Part shown: positions 55,494-63,169 of the stretch, piece by piece
Numbering within the stretch: position 1 is the stretch's first letter
How the letters are laid out: every line of letters begins with the position of its first letter
Source: Solirubrobacterales bacterium
GTDB lineage: Bacteria; Actinomycetota; Thermoleophilia; Solirubrobacterales; 70-9
Assembly: GCA_033856515.1 (NCBI GenBank)
Contig: JAWVEY010000008.1
Location: 52,818 to 116,817 of the forward strand
Reading direction: 5' to 3'
DNA length: 64,000 bases
Program-made: the position numbers and the translations under genes
Notes under the pieces: generated by a model
Told to the model about the DNA's origin: nothing
The model's input: only the letters and a program-made list of their open reading frames with translations
Database searches by the model: none

Positions 55494-55741
55494 GCCACGA
55501 GCGGATGAACGACGAGCGCACGCACTGGCCCCAGATCATCGGGTCGATCGTCGTGGCGCTAGCAATCGTCGCCGTCGCGATCCTCATCACCACGGCGAAA
55601 TTCGGCAGCACCTCCAGCGCCAAGATCCAAGCCCGCGAAGACCGGATCGACCTCCAGGAAGAGCGAGCAAAGGATCGCCAGGACGCCTTGGAGGAACGGC
55701 TGAAAGCGTCAGAAGACCGCCGCGAAGAAGCGTCGGAATAG
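55490..55741 (+). CDS. small membrane-anchored protein with charged C-terminal helix
   Basis: One TM segment (IIGSIVVALAIVAVAILITT), then an R/E/D-rich helix. Translationally coupled to 55062-55493. Confidence 0.5.
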   Translation: MSHERMNDERTHWPQIIGSIVVALAIVAVAILITTAKFGSTSSAKIQAREDRIDLQEERAKDRQDALEERLKASEDRREEASE

Positions 55742-55751
55742 GCTCAGCGCC

Positions 55752-56684
55752 GTGAAATGGAAGCCCAGGAAGAAGTCCGGCGGCGACGTCGTCGACCTGC
55801 GCGGAGACTCGGATTCGCCGAGTAGCGGTGGTCGTGGCGGCCTCGGCGGGATCTCGCTCCCCGGTGGCGCGATCGGAGGCATCGGCGGAACGACAGGCGT
55901 GATCATCGCGCTCGTTATCGTGGGCATCCAGATCTTCGGCGGCGGCTCGGTGGCGGGCTTCGATGTGGGTCAGATCCTTGGCCCAGGCGCTGCTCCGCCC
56001 GGCGCGGACAACCCTCAACCGCTGCCGCCCGATCAGGATCCGCAGCGCGAGCTCACCGAGTTCTCCGAGTACGTGTTCGGCGACACGCAGAAGACCTGGG
56101 AGAAGTCCTTCGAGGAAGGCGGTGAGGATTACGAGCCGGCGACGCTCGTCCTCTACGACGTCGACGTCTCCACGGACGGTTGCGGCAGCGCCACTTCAGC
56201 GGTCGGTCCCTTCTACTGCCCCGCAGATTCGAAGGTTTATCTCGATCAGACTTTCTACGAGGACATGGAGCGCCAGCTCGGCGGAGGCGGCGACTTCGCC
56301 TGGGCCTATGTGATCGCCCACGAGATGGGACACCACGTCCAGAACCTCCTCGGCACGAACGACCGCGTCGCGAATCTCGAACAAGACGACCCCGATAGTG
56401 CGAACGAGCTCTCAGTTCGCACCGAGCTCCAAGCCGACTGCTACGCCGGCGTCTGGGCCGCGACCGTCTTCGCCGAGGGCGACCTGGAGTCAGGCGACCT
56501 CGACGAGGCGTTCACCACCGCCGAGGCGATCGGCGACGACCGCCTGCAAGAGCAGGCCGGCCAGTCAGTCAACCCCGACTCGTTCACCCACGGCTCCTCC
56601 GAGCAGCGACGCGAGTGGTTTGAGCGCGGCTACTCCTCCGGCGATCCGTCGGACTGCGACACGTTCTCGCCCGAGTCCATCTGA
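55752..56684 (+). CDS. YpfJ-family neutral zinc metallopeptidase
   Basis: HEMGHH zinc motif, N-terminal K/G-rich region plus TM, C-terminal ...GDPSDCDTF typical of the family. Confidence 0.85.
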   Translation: MKWKPRKKSGGDVVDLRGDSDSPSSGGRGGLGGISLPGGAIGGIGGTTGVIIALVIVGIQIFGGGSVAGFDVGQILGPGAAPPGADNPQPLPPDQDPQRELTEFSEYVFGDTQKTWEKSFEEGGEDYEPATLVLYDVDVSTDGCGSATSAVGPFYCPADSKVYLDQTFYEDMERQLGGGGDFAWAYVIAHEMGHHVQNLLGTNDRVANLEQDDPDSANELSVRTELQADCYAGVWAATVFAEGDLESGDLDEAFTTAEAIGDDRLQEQAGQSVNPDSFTHGSSEQRREWFERGYSSGDPSDCDTFSPESI

Positions 56685-57106
56685 GCCAATTCGTCGGCGA
56701 CGGCGGCCTCCGCTTCGAGTTCTCCTGCGGCGGCGTCCTCAGCTTCAGCATCGCCATTGGCGCCGCGGCGCCGCGTGAGGCGTCGCATCGGGTGAAGGGC
56801 AAGGCTGAGGTCTTCCAAGCGAGGCTCCAGAGCTTCGATCCGGGCGGCAACGACATCCATGTGCGGCACGAGCGGCTCGACCGCTGCGCGCATCCCCTGC
56901 ACCTCTTCGCCGAGGCCGTCAACCCCCACCCGCATCCGATGGACCTCGTCGCCCATTGTGCGAACGCCATCGCGGATCTCCTCGAGTGACTTCGCCACCT
57001 CGGGAAGAAGCGCCACCGAGTCGCGCACTGATCTCAACGACTCAGAGATGTTGCGAAGGCCGTCGGTGATCGGCCCGATGTCGATAGGCAGCCGCAAGTT
57101 CGCCAC
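56630..57106 (-). CDS. hypothetical coiled-coil protein
   Basis: In-frame GTG 2 nt after the MerR-family stop. Heptad/hendecad-like helices (LRNISESLRSVRDSVALLPEVAKSLEEIRDGVRTMGDEVHRM...). The 3' end overlaps the ypfJ-like CDS by 55 nt. Confidence 0.45.
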   Translation of the reverse strand: MANLRLPIDIGPITDGLRNISESLRSVRDSVALLPEVAKSLEEIRDGVRTMGDEVHRMRVGVDGLGEEVQGMRAAVEPLVPHMDVVAARIEALEPRLEDLSLALHPMRRLTRRRGANGDAEAEDAAAGELEAEAAVADELAQMDSGENVSQSDGSPEE

Positions 57107-57108
57107 GG

Positions 57109-57912
57109 CTACCGCTTCCTCCGCCGGCGCCCAGGTTCGGTTCCGATCCGCTGAAGCTCGCGGCCGAACTCGTCCTCGACTGCCTTGGTCATGGTCATCT
57201 GGAACATCGCCTCGAGCGCCTGTGACGCCACCGGGCGCATCCGTTCGATCGAGTCGACCACGTTCGGCCACTCCTCTTCCGGGCGCCCTTTCTCCTCGAA
57301 AGGCTGCCAGACCGAGGAGACGAACAACCGCACGAATGCGTCAGCGACGTATTCACTCGAGCGCTTCATGACGTCGACGACGTCCAGGAGCGCCTCCGCC
57401 GGCACACCGCGCTCGATCATCTCGGCGGCGATCTCGAGCAGCCGCGGGCTTGAGACCTCAAACGAGGCAGGGCCAACCGGCGAGACGAGGCCGAGCTTTA
57501 TCGCCCGGCGGAGCAGGAGCGGCGTTCCATCTGCGCCGAAGCGGTCCCGGAGCTCGGACATGGTGAAGATCTGAGGCCGCTCGGATTCGAACGGCTCCGT
57601 GACGGCGCGACGGAAGTCCATGATCGACTCCGACGCCTCGCCACTCGCCCCCTCGAGTAGGCGCTCGATCCCCTTCAGGTTGAAGCCGTCGGCCTGAAGC
57701 TGCGAGATCAGCTGCAACCGCGTCACGTGGCCCGAGCCGTAGTAGCCCACGCGGTGGCGCACCTCGGGAGGCGGCAGCAGGCCACGCGCCTGGTGCGCGC
57801 GGATGTTTCTCACGCTCATGCCACTCTCGGCGGCGAGCTGCTCGACCGTGAGGGCGTTTTCGTCCGTCCCTTCCGTGGGAATCGCCTCAACGACCCTTAG
57901 ATCCCGCTCCAT
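57109..57912 (-). CDS. MerR-family transcriptional regulator
   Basis: HTH LTVEQLAAESGMSVRNIRAHQARGLLPPP. The track start at 57951 is TTG; the ATG at 57912 (MERDLRV) is preferred. Confidence 0.75.
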   Translation of the reverse strand: MERDLRVVEAIPTEGTDENALTVEQLAAESGMSVRNIRAHQARGLLPPPEVRHRVGYYGSGHVTRLQLISQLQADGFNLKGIERLLEGASGEASESIMDFRRAVTEPFESERPQIFTMSELRDRFGADGTPLLLRRAIKLGLVSPVGPASFEVSSPRLLEIAAEMIERGVPAEALLDVVDVMKRSSEYVADAFVRLFVSSVWQPFEEKGRPEEEWPNVVDSIERMRPVASQALEAMFQMTMTKAVEDEFGRELQRIGTEPGRRRRKR

Positions 57913-58041
57913 GCTCAAGAAGCTATCACCCCTCTGTGATACATGTACCAACGTGACATGGTTTGATGTAACAATGTCAGGGCACAGGGTTTACATGCCC
58001 AGACGCTCATGCGTAGCCACCCCACTGGAAGGAACCCGTCG

Positions 58042-59940
58042 ATGACGCGAAAGCTCACCTCCGCCCTGCTGCTCGCCGGCGCGACCTCGTTGGCCGCCCC
58101 TGCGCTTGCCCTCGCTCAGGCGACCGAAGAGGCCCCGCCCGCCGGCGGCGCCGCAATCGGCCAGGTGATCATCGCGACCGCCGGAGCGATGGTGCTCACA
58201 GCGGCCCTCCTCTACTTCGGCCTTGGCCACCGCTCGGGCAAGGTCCCCTATCTCGGGCGCCTCGCGAACTACTCCGAGCGCGTGAGCGGCCTGCCTGGCT
58301 GGACGGCGCTCCCATCTGCGATCGCAACCGGCGCGCTCCTTGTCGCCTTCCTCGGCTTCCTCTGGGACGTCTCGATCCACATCGACACCGGACGCGACGA
58401 GGGTCCCCTCGCCAACCCCTCGCACTACCTCATCCTCGGAGGCCTCTTCGGGATCTTTGCCGCCGGCTTCGTCGCGTGCGTGCTGCCTCTTGAGAAGCCT
58501 TCGAAGAGCGCCGTGCGCATCGTCGGCGACTGGTACGCGCCGCTCGGCGGTGTCGTCATCGCGGTGTGCGGCATGTTCGCCCTGATCGGCTTCCCCCTCG
58601 ACGACGTCTGGCACCGGATCTTCGGCCAGGACGTGACGCTCTGGGGCCCGACGCACCTGATGCTGATCGGCGGCGCCGCGATGACCCTGATCGGGGTCGC
58701 GATCCTGATGGTCGAGGCCGGACGCGTCGACGTCGTTCGCAAGCGCGGCGAGCAACCGTGGGTCCTCTGGCTCCGCCGCGTCGCCTTGTCGGGCGGCCTC
58801 CTGCTCGGCCTCATGGTCTTCCCCGTCGAGTTCGACTTCGGCGTTCCGCAGTTCCGCATGATCTTTGGCCCGATGCTCATCATGATCGCCGCCGGTGTTG
58901 GGCTCACAGCAACGCGCCTGTGGCTCGGACGAGGCGCGGCAATCGGCGCCGTCGGATTCTTCCTCCTGCTCCGAGGAGTCGTATCGGTGATCGTCGGTCC
59001 CATCCTGGGCGAGACGACCCCGCACTTCGCGCTCTTCATCGTCGAAGGCCTCGTGGTTGAAGCCGTCTTCCTCGCCCTCCCCCGCGCTCGCCCGCTCACG
59101 CTTGGGTTGGTAACGGGCGTTGGGATCGGCACGATCGGCCTTGCGTCCGAATGGGCGTGGTCGAACATCTGGATGCCTATTCCCTGGACGTCAGACCTCC
59201 TCCCAGAGGGCGCCATCGTGGGCTTCCTCGCCGCCGTGGGCGGATCGCTTCTGGGCGCCTGGGTTGGTGCGCATCTGGCCTCGGACTCGATGCCACGACT
59301 CCGCTCGACACGGAACGGCGCCATTGTCGGCGCGGCCATAGTGGCCATCCTCGTGGGCTTCGCCGCCCTCAAGCCGGCTGCCGAGGGCGTCAGCGCCCGC
59401 GTCACCCTGGCCGAGGCTGGCCCGGGCGAGGTCGTCCCCACGGTGCGTATGACGCCTACCGACGCCGCAGACGGCGCCGAGTTCATCAACGTCACCTCAT
59501 GGCAAGGCGGCGGGCTCGTGATCGCTGAGCTCGAATCGACGGGCTCCCCGGGCACCTTTACGACCGACGAGCCGGTTCCGGTCACCGGCTCCTGGAAGAC
59601 CATGGTCCGCTACTCGAACGGCAACACCCTCAACTCGATGCCGATCTACATGCCCGAGGACACGGCAATCCCGGTCGAGGGCGTACCCGCGGAGCCCAGC
59701 TTTGAACGCTCGTTCCAGGCCGACCACGAGGTGCTTCAGCGCGAGCAGAAGGACGTCGTCGGCTGGCTCACGGTCGTCGCCTACCTCGTCGTCGCGTTCA
59801 TCGCAATCGCCCTCCTCGTGATGATCGCCTGGGCGCTCCATCGCCTTGCGGTGGTCGTCGAGGAACCGTCAGAGCAGGAGCAGGAGGCCCCGGCGACAAG
59901 CACGGAACGCACCAAGATCGGGCCCGAGGTGACCGCGTGA
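58042..59940 (+). CDS. large hypothetical polytopic membrane protein
   Basis: GGAAGGAA RBS, signal-like MTRKLTSALLLAGATSLAAPALALA, more than 10 hydrophobic segments, an extracytoplasmic C-terminal domain and a terminal TM. Confidence 0.7.
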   Translation: MTRKLTSALLLAGATSLAAPALALAQATEEAPPAGGAAIGQVIIATAGAMVLTAALLYFGLGHRSGKVPYLGRLANYSERVSGLPGWTALPSAIATGALLVAFLGFLWDVSIHIDTGRDEGPLANPSHYLILGGLFGIFAAGFVACVLPLEKPSKSAVRIVGDWYAPLGGVVIAVCGMFALIGFPLDDVWHRIFGQDVTLWGPTHLMLIGGAAMTLIGVAILMVEAGRVDVVRKRGEQPWVLWLRRVALSGGLLLGLMVFPVEFDFGVPQFRMIFGPMLIMIAAGVGLTATRLWLGRGAAIGAVGFFLLLRGVVSVIVGPILGETTPHFALFIVEGLVVEAVFLALPRARPLTLGLVTGVGIGTIGLASEWAWSNIWMPIPWTSDLLPEGAIVGFLAAVGGSLLGAWVGAHLASDSMPRLRSTRNGAIVGAAIVAILVGFAALKPAAEGVSARVTLAEAGPGEVVPTVRMTPTDAADGAEFINVTSWQGGGLVIAELESTGSPGTFTTDEPVPVTGSWKTMVRYSNGNTLNSMPIYMPEDTAIPVEGVPAEPSFERSFQADHEVLQREQKDVVGWLTVVAYLVVAFIAIALLVMIAWALHRLAVVVEEPSEQEQEAPATSTERTKIGPEVTA

Positions 59941-60065
59941 ACATCCTGCTCGCTCACCACGCATTGGTAACCGCGATCCCATTCGTGATGCCGGCGTTCC
60001 TGGTGGTCGGAGCCGTTTTCGCCATGAGGGTCGTCGAGCGCAGACGCAATACTCACCCGGAATGA
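59937..60065 (+). CDS. possible 42-aa membrane microprotein
   Basis: The GTG overlaps the upstream TGA (GTGA) and the TGA overlaps the downstream ATG (ATGA). Encodes VNILLAHHALVTAIPFVMPAFLVVGAVFAMRVVERRRNTHPE: one TM plus a basic tail. Not in the ORF track (under 60 aa). Confidence 0.4.
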   Translation: MNILLAHHALVTAIPFVMPAFLVVGAVFAMRVVERRRNTHPE

Positions 60066-61102
60066 GGAAACCGACTCGAAACGAGGCGCTGGTCGCCGCA
60101 GGCCTAGCCGGCGCGGCAGCGCTCAACGCACGCTGGAACGCGAAGCGCGCCGGCGCCGCGAGCAAGGTCCGTCGCGCCCAATCCGAGTCGGGGCGGCCCG
60201 TCAGCGTTCACGGTGCCGACGGCGGCTACCGCTACGTGCGAGTCCACGGCGCGGATAACTTGCCCACCCTCGTCCTGGTCCACGGCTGGGTCGAGACGTC
60301 TGAGCTATGGCACCGCCAAGTTGAAGGGCTCGCGGATGAGTTCCGCATCGTCACTTACGACCACAGGGGCCACGGCCTCTCCGAGGAGGCACGGGACGAC
60401 GACTACTCGTTCGAGGCTCTTGCTCAAGACCTCCAACTCGTCCTCGAAGCCACGGCGGTAGAAGGCGAGCTGCCGATCGTCGCCGGTCACTCCCTTGGCG
60501 CCATGACCCTCGCCGCCTGGGGCCAGGCCCACCGCGGCTCGGTGAAAGACCAAATTCGCGGAGCCGCCTTCATCTCCACCGGGCTCGAGGATCTCAACAC
60601 CGAGAGCACCGTGGTCCGCCCTCTTCCCGGCCCCTTCGGCACCGCACAGGGAAAGATCGCGGACGCGATCCTCGGCGCGCCCGGCTCAATCCGATCAGTT
60701 CCAATTCCCATCGGGCGCGCAGTCGCCGCGTACGTCGCACTCGCTCCCCACGCGCACGACGAGGACATAGAGCTCGTACTGCGCATGGCCCTCGATTGCC
60801 GACACCGCGCCCGCGCGGGTTGTGGAATCTCCATGTCCCGAATGAAGCTTCTCGCAGAGCTCGACGCGCTCGACGTCCCCGCAGTCGTGGTAGCCGGCGA
60901 GCTCGACCGCCTCACTCCGGTCGCCCACGCCGAGAAGATCGACCGGGGCCTCCCCCACTCCGTCGGACTTTACGTCTCGCCCACCTCCGGCCACACCACA
61001 CCGCTCGAGTGCCCCGAGCTCGTGCACGAGGCGCTCCGCGACCTGGCCGCGGTGAGTGGCAAGGGCAAGCTCGCCGAGCGCGAGCGCGAGCTCGCCGCTT
61101 AG
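60062..61102 (+). CDS. alpha/beta hydrolase
   Basis: LVLVHGW oxyanion region and GHSLGA nucleophile elbow. Confidence 0.8.
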   Translation: MRKPTRNEALVAAGLAGAAALNARWNAKRAGAASKVRRAQSESGRPVSVHGADGGYRYVRVHGADNLPTLVLVHGWVETSELWHRQVEGLADEFRIVTYDHRGHGLSEEARDDDYSFEALAQDLQLVLEATAVEGELPIVAGHSLGAMTLAAWGQAHRGSVKDQIRGAAFISTGLEDLNTESTVVRPLPGPFGTAQGKIADAILGAPGSIRSVPIPIGRAVAAYVALAPHAHDEDIELVLRMALDCRHRARAGCGISMSRMKLLAELDALDVPAVVVAGELDRLTPVAHAEKIDRGLPHSVGLYVSPTSGHTTPLECPELVHEALRDLAAVSGKGKLAERERELAA

Positions 61103-62079
61103 GCGTCCGGCGCCGGAGCCCAGCTCTCCGGGTGGTCCCGGTACCACTCGATCGTGCGCTCCAGGCCCTCGTCGAGCCCGACCTCGGGCTCCCAGCCGAG
61201 CGTCTCCCGCAGCTTCGTCGGGTCGACGTACTGCTTGTCGATCTCTCCGTCTGGATTGCCGGTGCCGCGGATGTCGGGTTCGACTCCCGTGCCGGCGAGA
61301 CGCGCGATCGTCTCAATCACCTCGAGTACCGGGTATGAGCGCCCGCCGCCCGCGTTGAACGCCTCGCCCCGAACGTCGTCGCGGTCGAGCCCGCCGGCGA
61401 TCGCCAGATACGCCGAGGCGGCGTCCTCGACGTAGAGGAAGTCGCGCTCCGGCGAGCCGTCCGAACGAAGGACGGGTGCGCGGCCGTCTAGTGCAGCGCT
61501 CACCGCCTCGGGGATCAAGCGCGAGAAGTTGAGGTCCCCGCCGCCGTAGATGTTCGCGAACCGCGTCACCGCGATCGGCAGGCCATACGAGTGCCAGTAC
61601 GAGCGGGCGATGAGATCCGCGGCGGCCTTCGAGGCCTCATAGGGAGCCGTTGGCTGAAGCGGGAAGTCCTCACGGTAGGGGAGCGTCTCGTGGGCGCCGT
61701 ATGCCTTGTCCGACGATGCGAAGACGACCCGCTCGACGCCTTTGTCCAGACATGCCTGGAGGAGCGTCCACGTCCCGCGCACGTTCGACTCGAAGCCCTG
61801 CACTGGTGACTCCTGGACCGTCGAGACGATCGTCTCCGCGGCGAGGTGAAAGACGGTGTCGACTCCGTTGTCGGCGAGGACGCGCTCGAGCTCGGCCGCG
61901 TCGCAGAGATCGCCCTCGACCTGGACCAGATCCTCCTCGATGCCGAGCATGCCGACGGCCGACGGCTTCTCCGTCACGCGCCGCTTGTCGAACGAGACGA
62001 CCGTGTCGCCGCGCTCCACGAGCGCCTTGGCGAGCCAGCCGCCGACGAATCCGCGAGCGCCGGTTACAAGGGATGTCAT
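61099..62079 (-). CDS. NAD-dependent epimerase/dehydratase (extended SDR; likely CDP-sugar 4,6-dehydratase-type)
   Basis: TGARGFVGG Rossmann motif and YEASK catalytic YxxxK. Lies next to rfbF. Confidence 0.8.
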   Translation of the reverse strand: MTSLVTGARGFVGGWLAKALVERGDTVVSFDKRRVTEKPSAVGMLGIEEDLVQVEGDLCDAAELERVLADNGVDTVFHLAAETIVSTVQESPVQGFESNVRGTWTLLQACLDKGVERVVFASSDKAYGAHETLPYREDFPLQPTAPYEASKAAADLIARSYWHSYGLPIAVTRFANIYGGGDLNFSRLIPEAVSAALDGRAPVLRSDGSPERDFLYVEDAASAYLAIAGGLDRDDVRGEAFNAGGGRSYPVLEVIETIARLAGTGVEPDIRGTGNPDGEIDKQYVDPTKLRETLGWEPEVGLDEGLERTIEWYRDHPESWAPAPDA

Positions 62080-62125
62080 GAGGGGCTTTGCCCCGAAAGC
62101 AGCGTGTGTCGGTGGTTATCTGGGG

Positions 62126-62881
62126 TCATGCTTCTGCCGGATCGCGGTCCCAGATCTGCCATGGGGCCTGGCCGCCGTTCCACAGGTCGTTGAGGACGAC
62201 GGCGTCCTTGTAGGTGTCCATGCAGTCCCAGAAGCCGTCGTGCCGGTAAGCGGCAAGCTGCCCCTCGCCCGCGGCAGTCTCCAGCGGCTCGCGCTCGAGC
62301 ACCGCGTCATCCGCCACCCAGTCGAGGAACGTCGGCTCGCAGCAGAAGAAGCCGCCGTTGATCCAGTAATCGAGCCGCGGCTTCTCCTCGAAGCCGCCGA
62401 TGCGGTCCTCGTCGTCGATCACCGCGATCCCCCACTGGCTGTACGGGCGAACGACCGTCATCGTCGCCGCGGCGCCCTTGGCCGCGTGGAATTCCAGGAG
62501 CGTTGCCAGATCTATGTCCGCAACGCCGTCCGCATACGTCAGGCAAAAGGTTCCCCCGCCGAGGACGTCGGCGGCGCGTGCGACGCGGCCACCGGTCGGA
62601 GTGTCCTGGCCCGTGTCGAGGCACGTGATCTCGATCGGCTCGCCCCAATCCTCGGCGGTCACGAACTCCTCGATCATCTCGCCGAGGTACCCCGTCAGGA
62701 GCACAAAGCGGCGAAACCCCTGGGCGGCGTAGATGTGGATCACGTGCCAGAGAATCGGCTTGCTGCCGATCTCGACCAGGGCCTTCGGGATCGCGTGGGT
62801 CTGCTCGCGTAAGCGTGTGCCTCTGCCTCCGCAGAGGATCGCGACGGGAATGTCCGCCGCTTGAGGTGGGTTAGCGCCCAC
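62126..62881 (-). CDS. rfbF: glucose-1-phosphate cytidylyltransferase
   Basis: AILCGGRGTRL...KALVEIGSKPILWHVIHIYA...INGGFF is typical of RfbF. The GTG start overlaps the thiS-like stop by 11 nt. Confidence 0.85.
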   Translation of the reverse strand: MGANPPQAADIPVAILCGGRGTRLREQTHAIPKALVEIGSKPILWHVIHIYAAQGFRRFVLLTGYLGEMIEEFVTAEDWGEPIEITCLDTGQDTPTGGRVARAADVLGGGTFCLTYADGVADIDLATLLEFHAAKGAAATMTVVRPYSQWGIAVIDDEDRIGGFEEKPRLDYWINGGFFCCEPTFLDWVADDAVLEREPLETAAGEGQLAAYRHDGFWDCMDTYKDAVVLNDLWNGGQAPWQIWDRDPAEA

Positions 62882-63146
62882 CGGCGACGGCCGGAAGGAT
62901 CGTCACTTCGTCGCCGTCGGTGAGCTCGGTCTCCAGCCCCTCCTGAAAGCGGATGTCCTCGCCGGAGACGTAGACGTTGACGAAGCGGCGAAGGGTGCCG
63001 TCCTCGGTGATGCGCTCGCGCAGGCCGTCATGCTGGTCGAACACGGCGTCGAGCGCTTCGCCGACGGTTCCGCCCTCAACCTCGACTTCGCCCTCACCGC
63101 CCGTGGCCGGGCGAAGCTGACTCGGGATCTTGACTGTGACGGCCAT
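62871..63146 (-). CDS. ThiS/MoaD/CysO-family sulfur-carrier protein, C-terminus ...AVAGG-R
   Basis: 91 aa with a beta-grasp pattern (VKIPSQLR...FVNVYVSGEDIR...DGDEVTILPAVAGGR). The di-Gly is followed by one extra residue. Confidence 0.8.
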   Translation of the reverse strand: MAVTVKIPSQLRPATGGEGEVEVEGGTVGEALDAVFDQHDGLRERITEDGTLRRFVNVYVSGEDIRFQEGLETELTDGDEVTILPAVAGGR

Positions 63147-63169
63147 CGAGCGGAAATCTACCGGAGGAG

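Noticed and set aside
52781-62100. Genomic island integrated at tRNA-Arg.
   Set aside because: No integrase, excisionase or phage/ICE genes are present. I could not find a direct repeat of the tRNA 3' end by eye. The gene content is miscellaneous but not demonstrably foreign.
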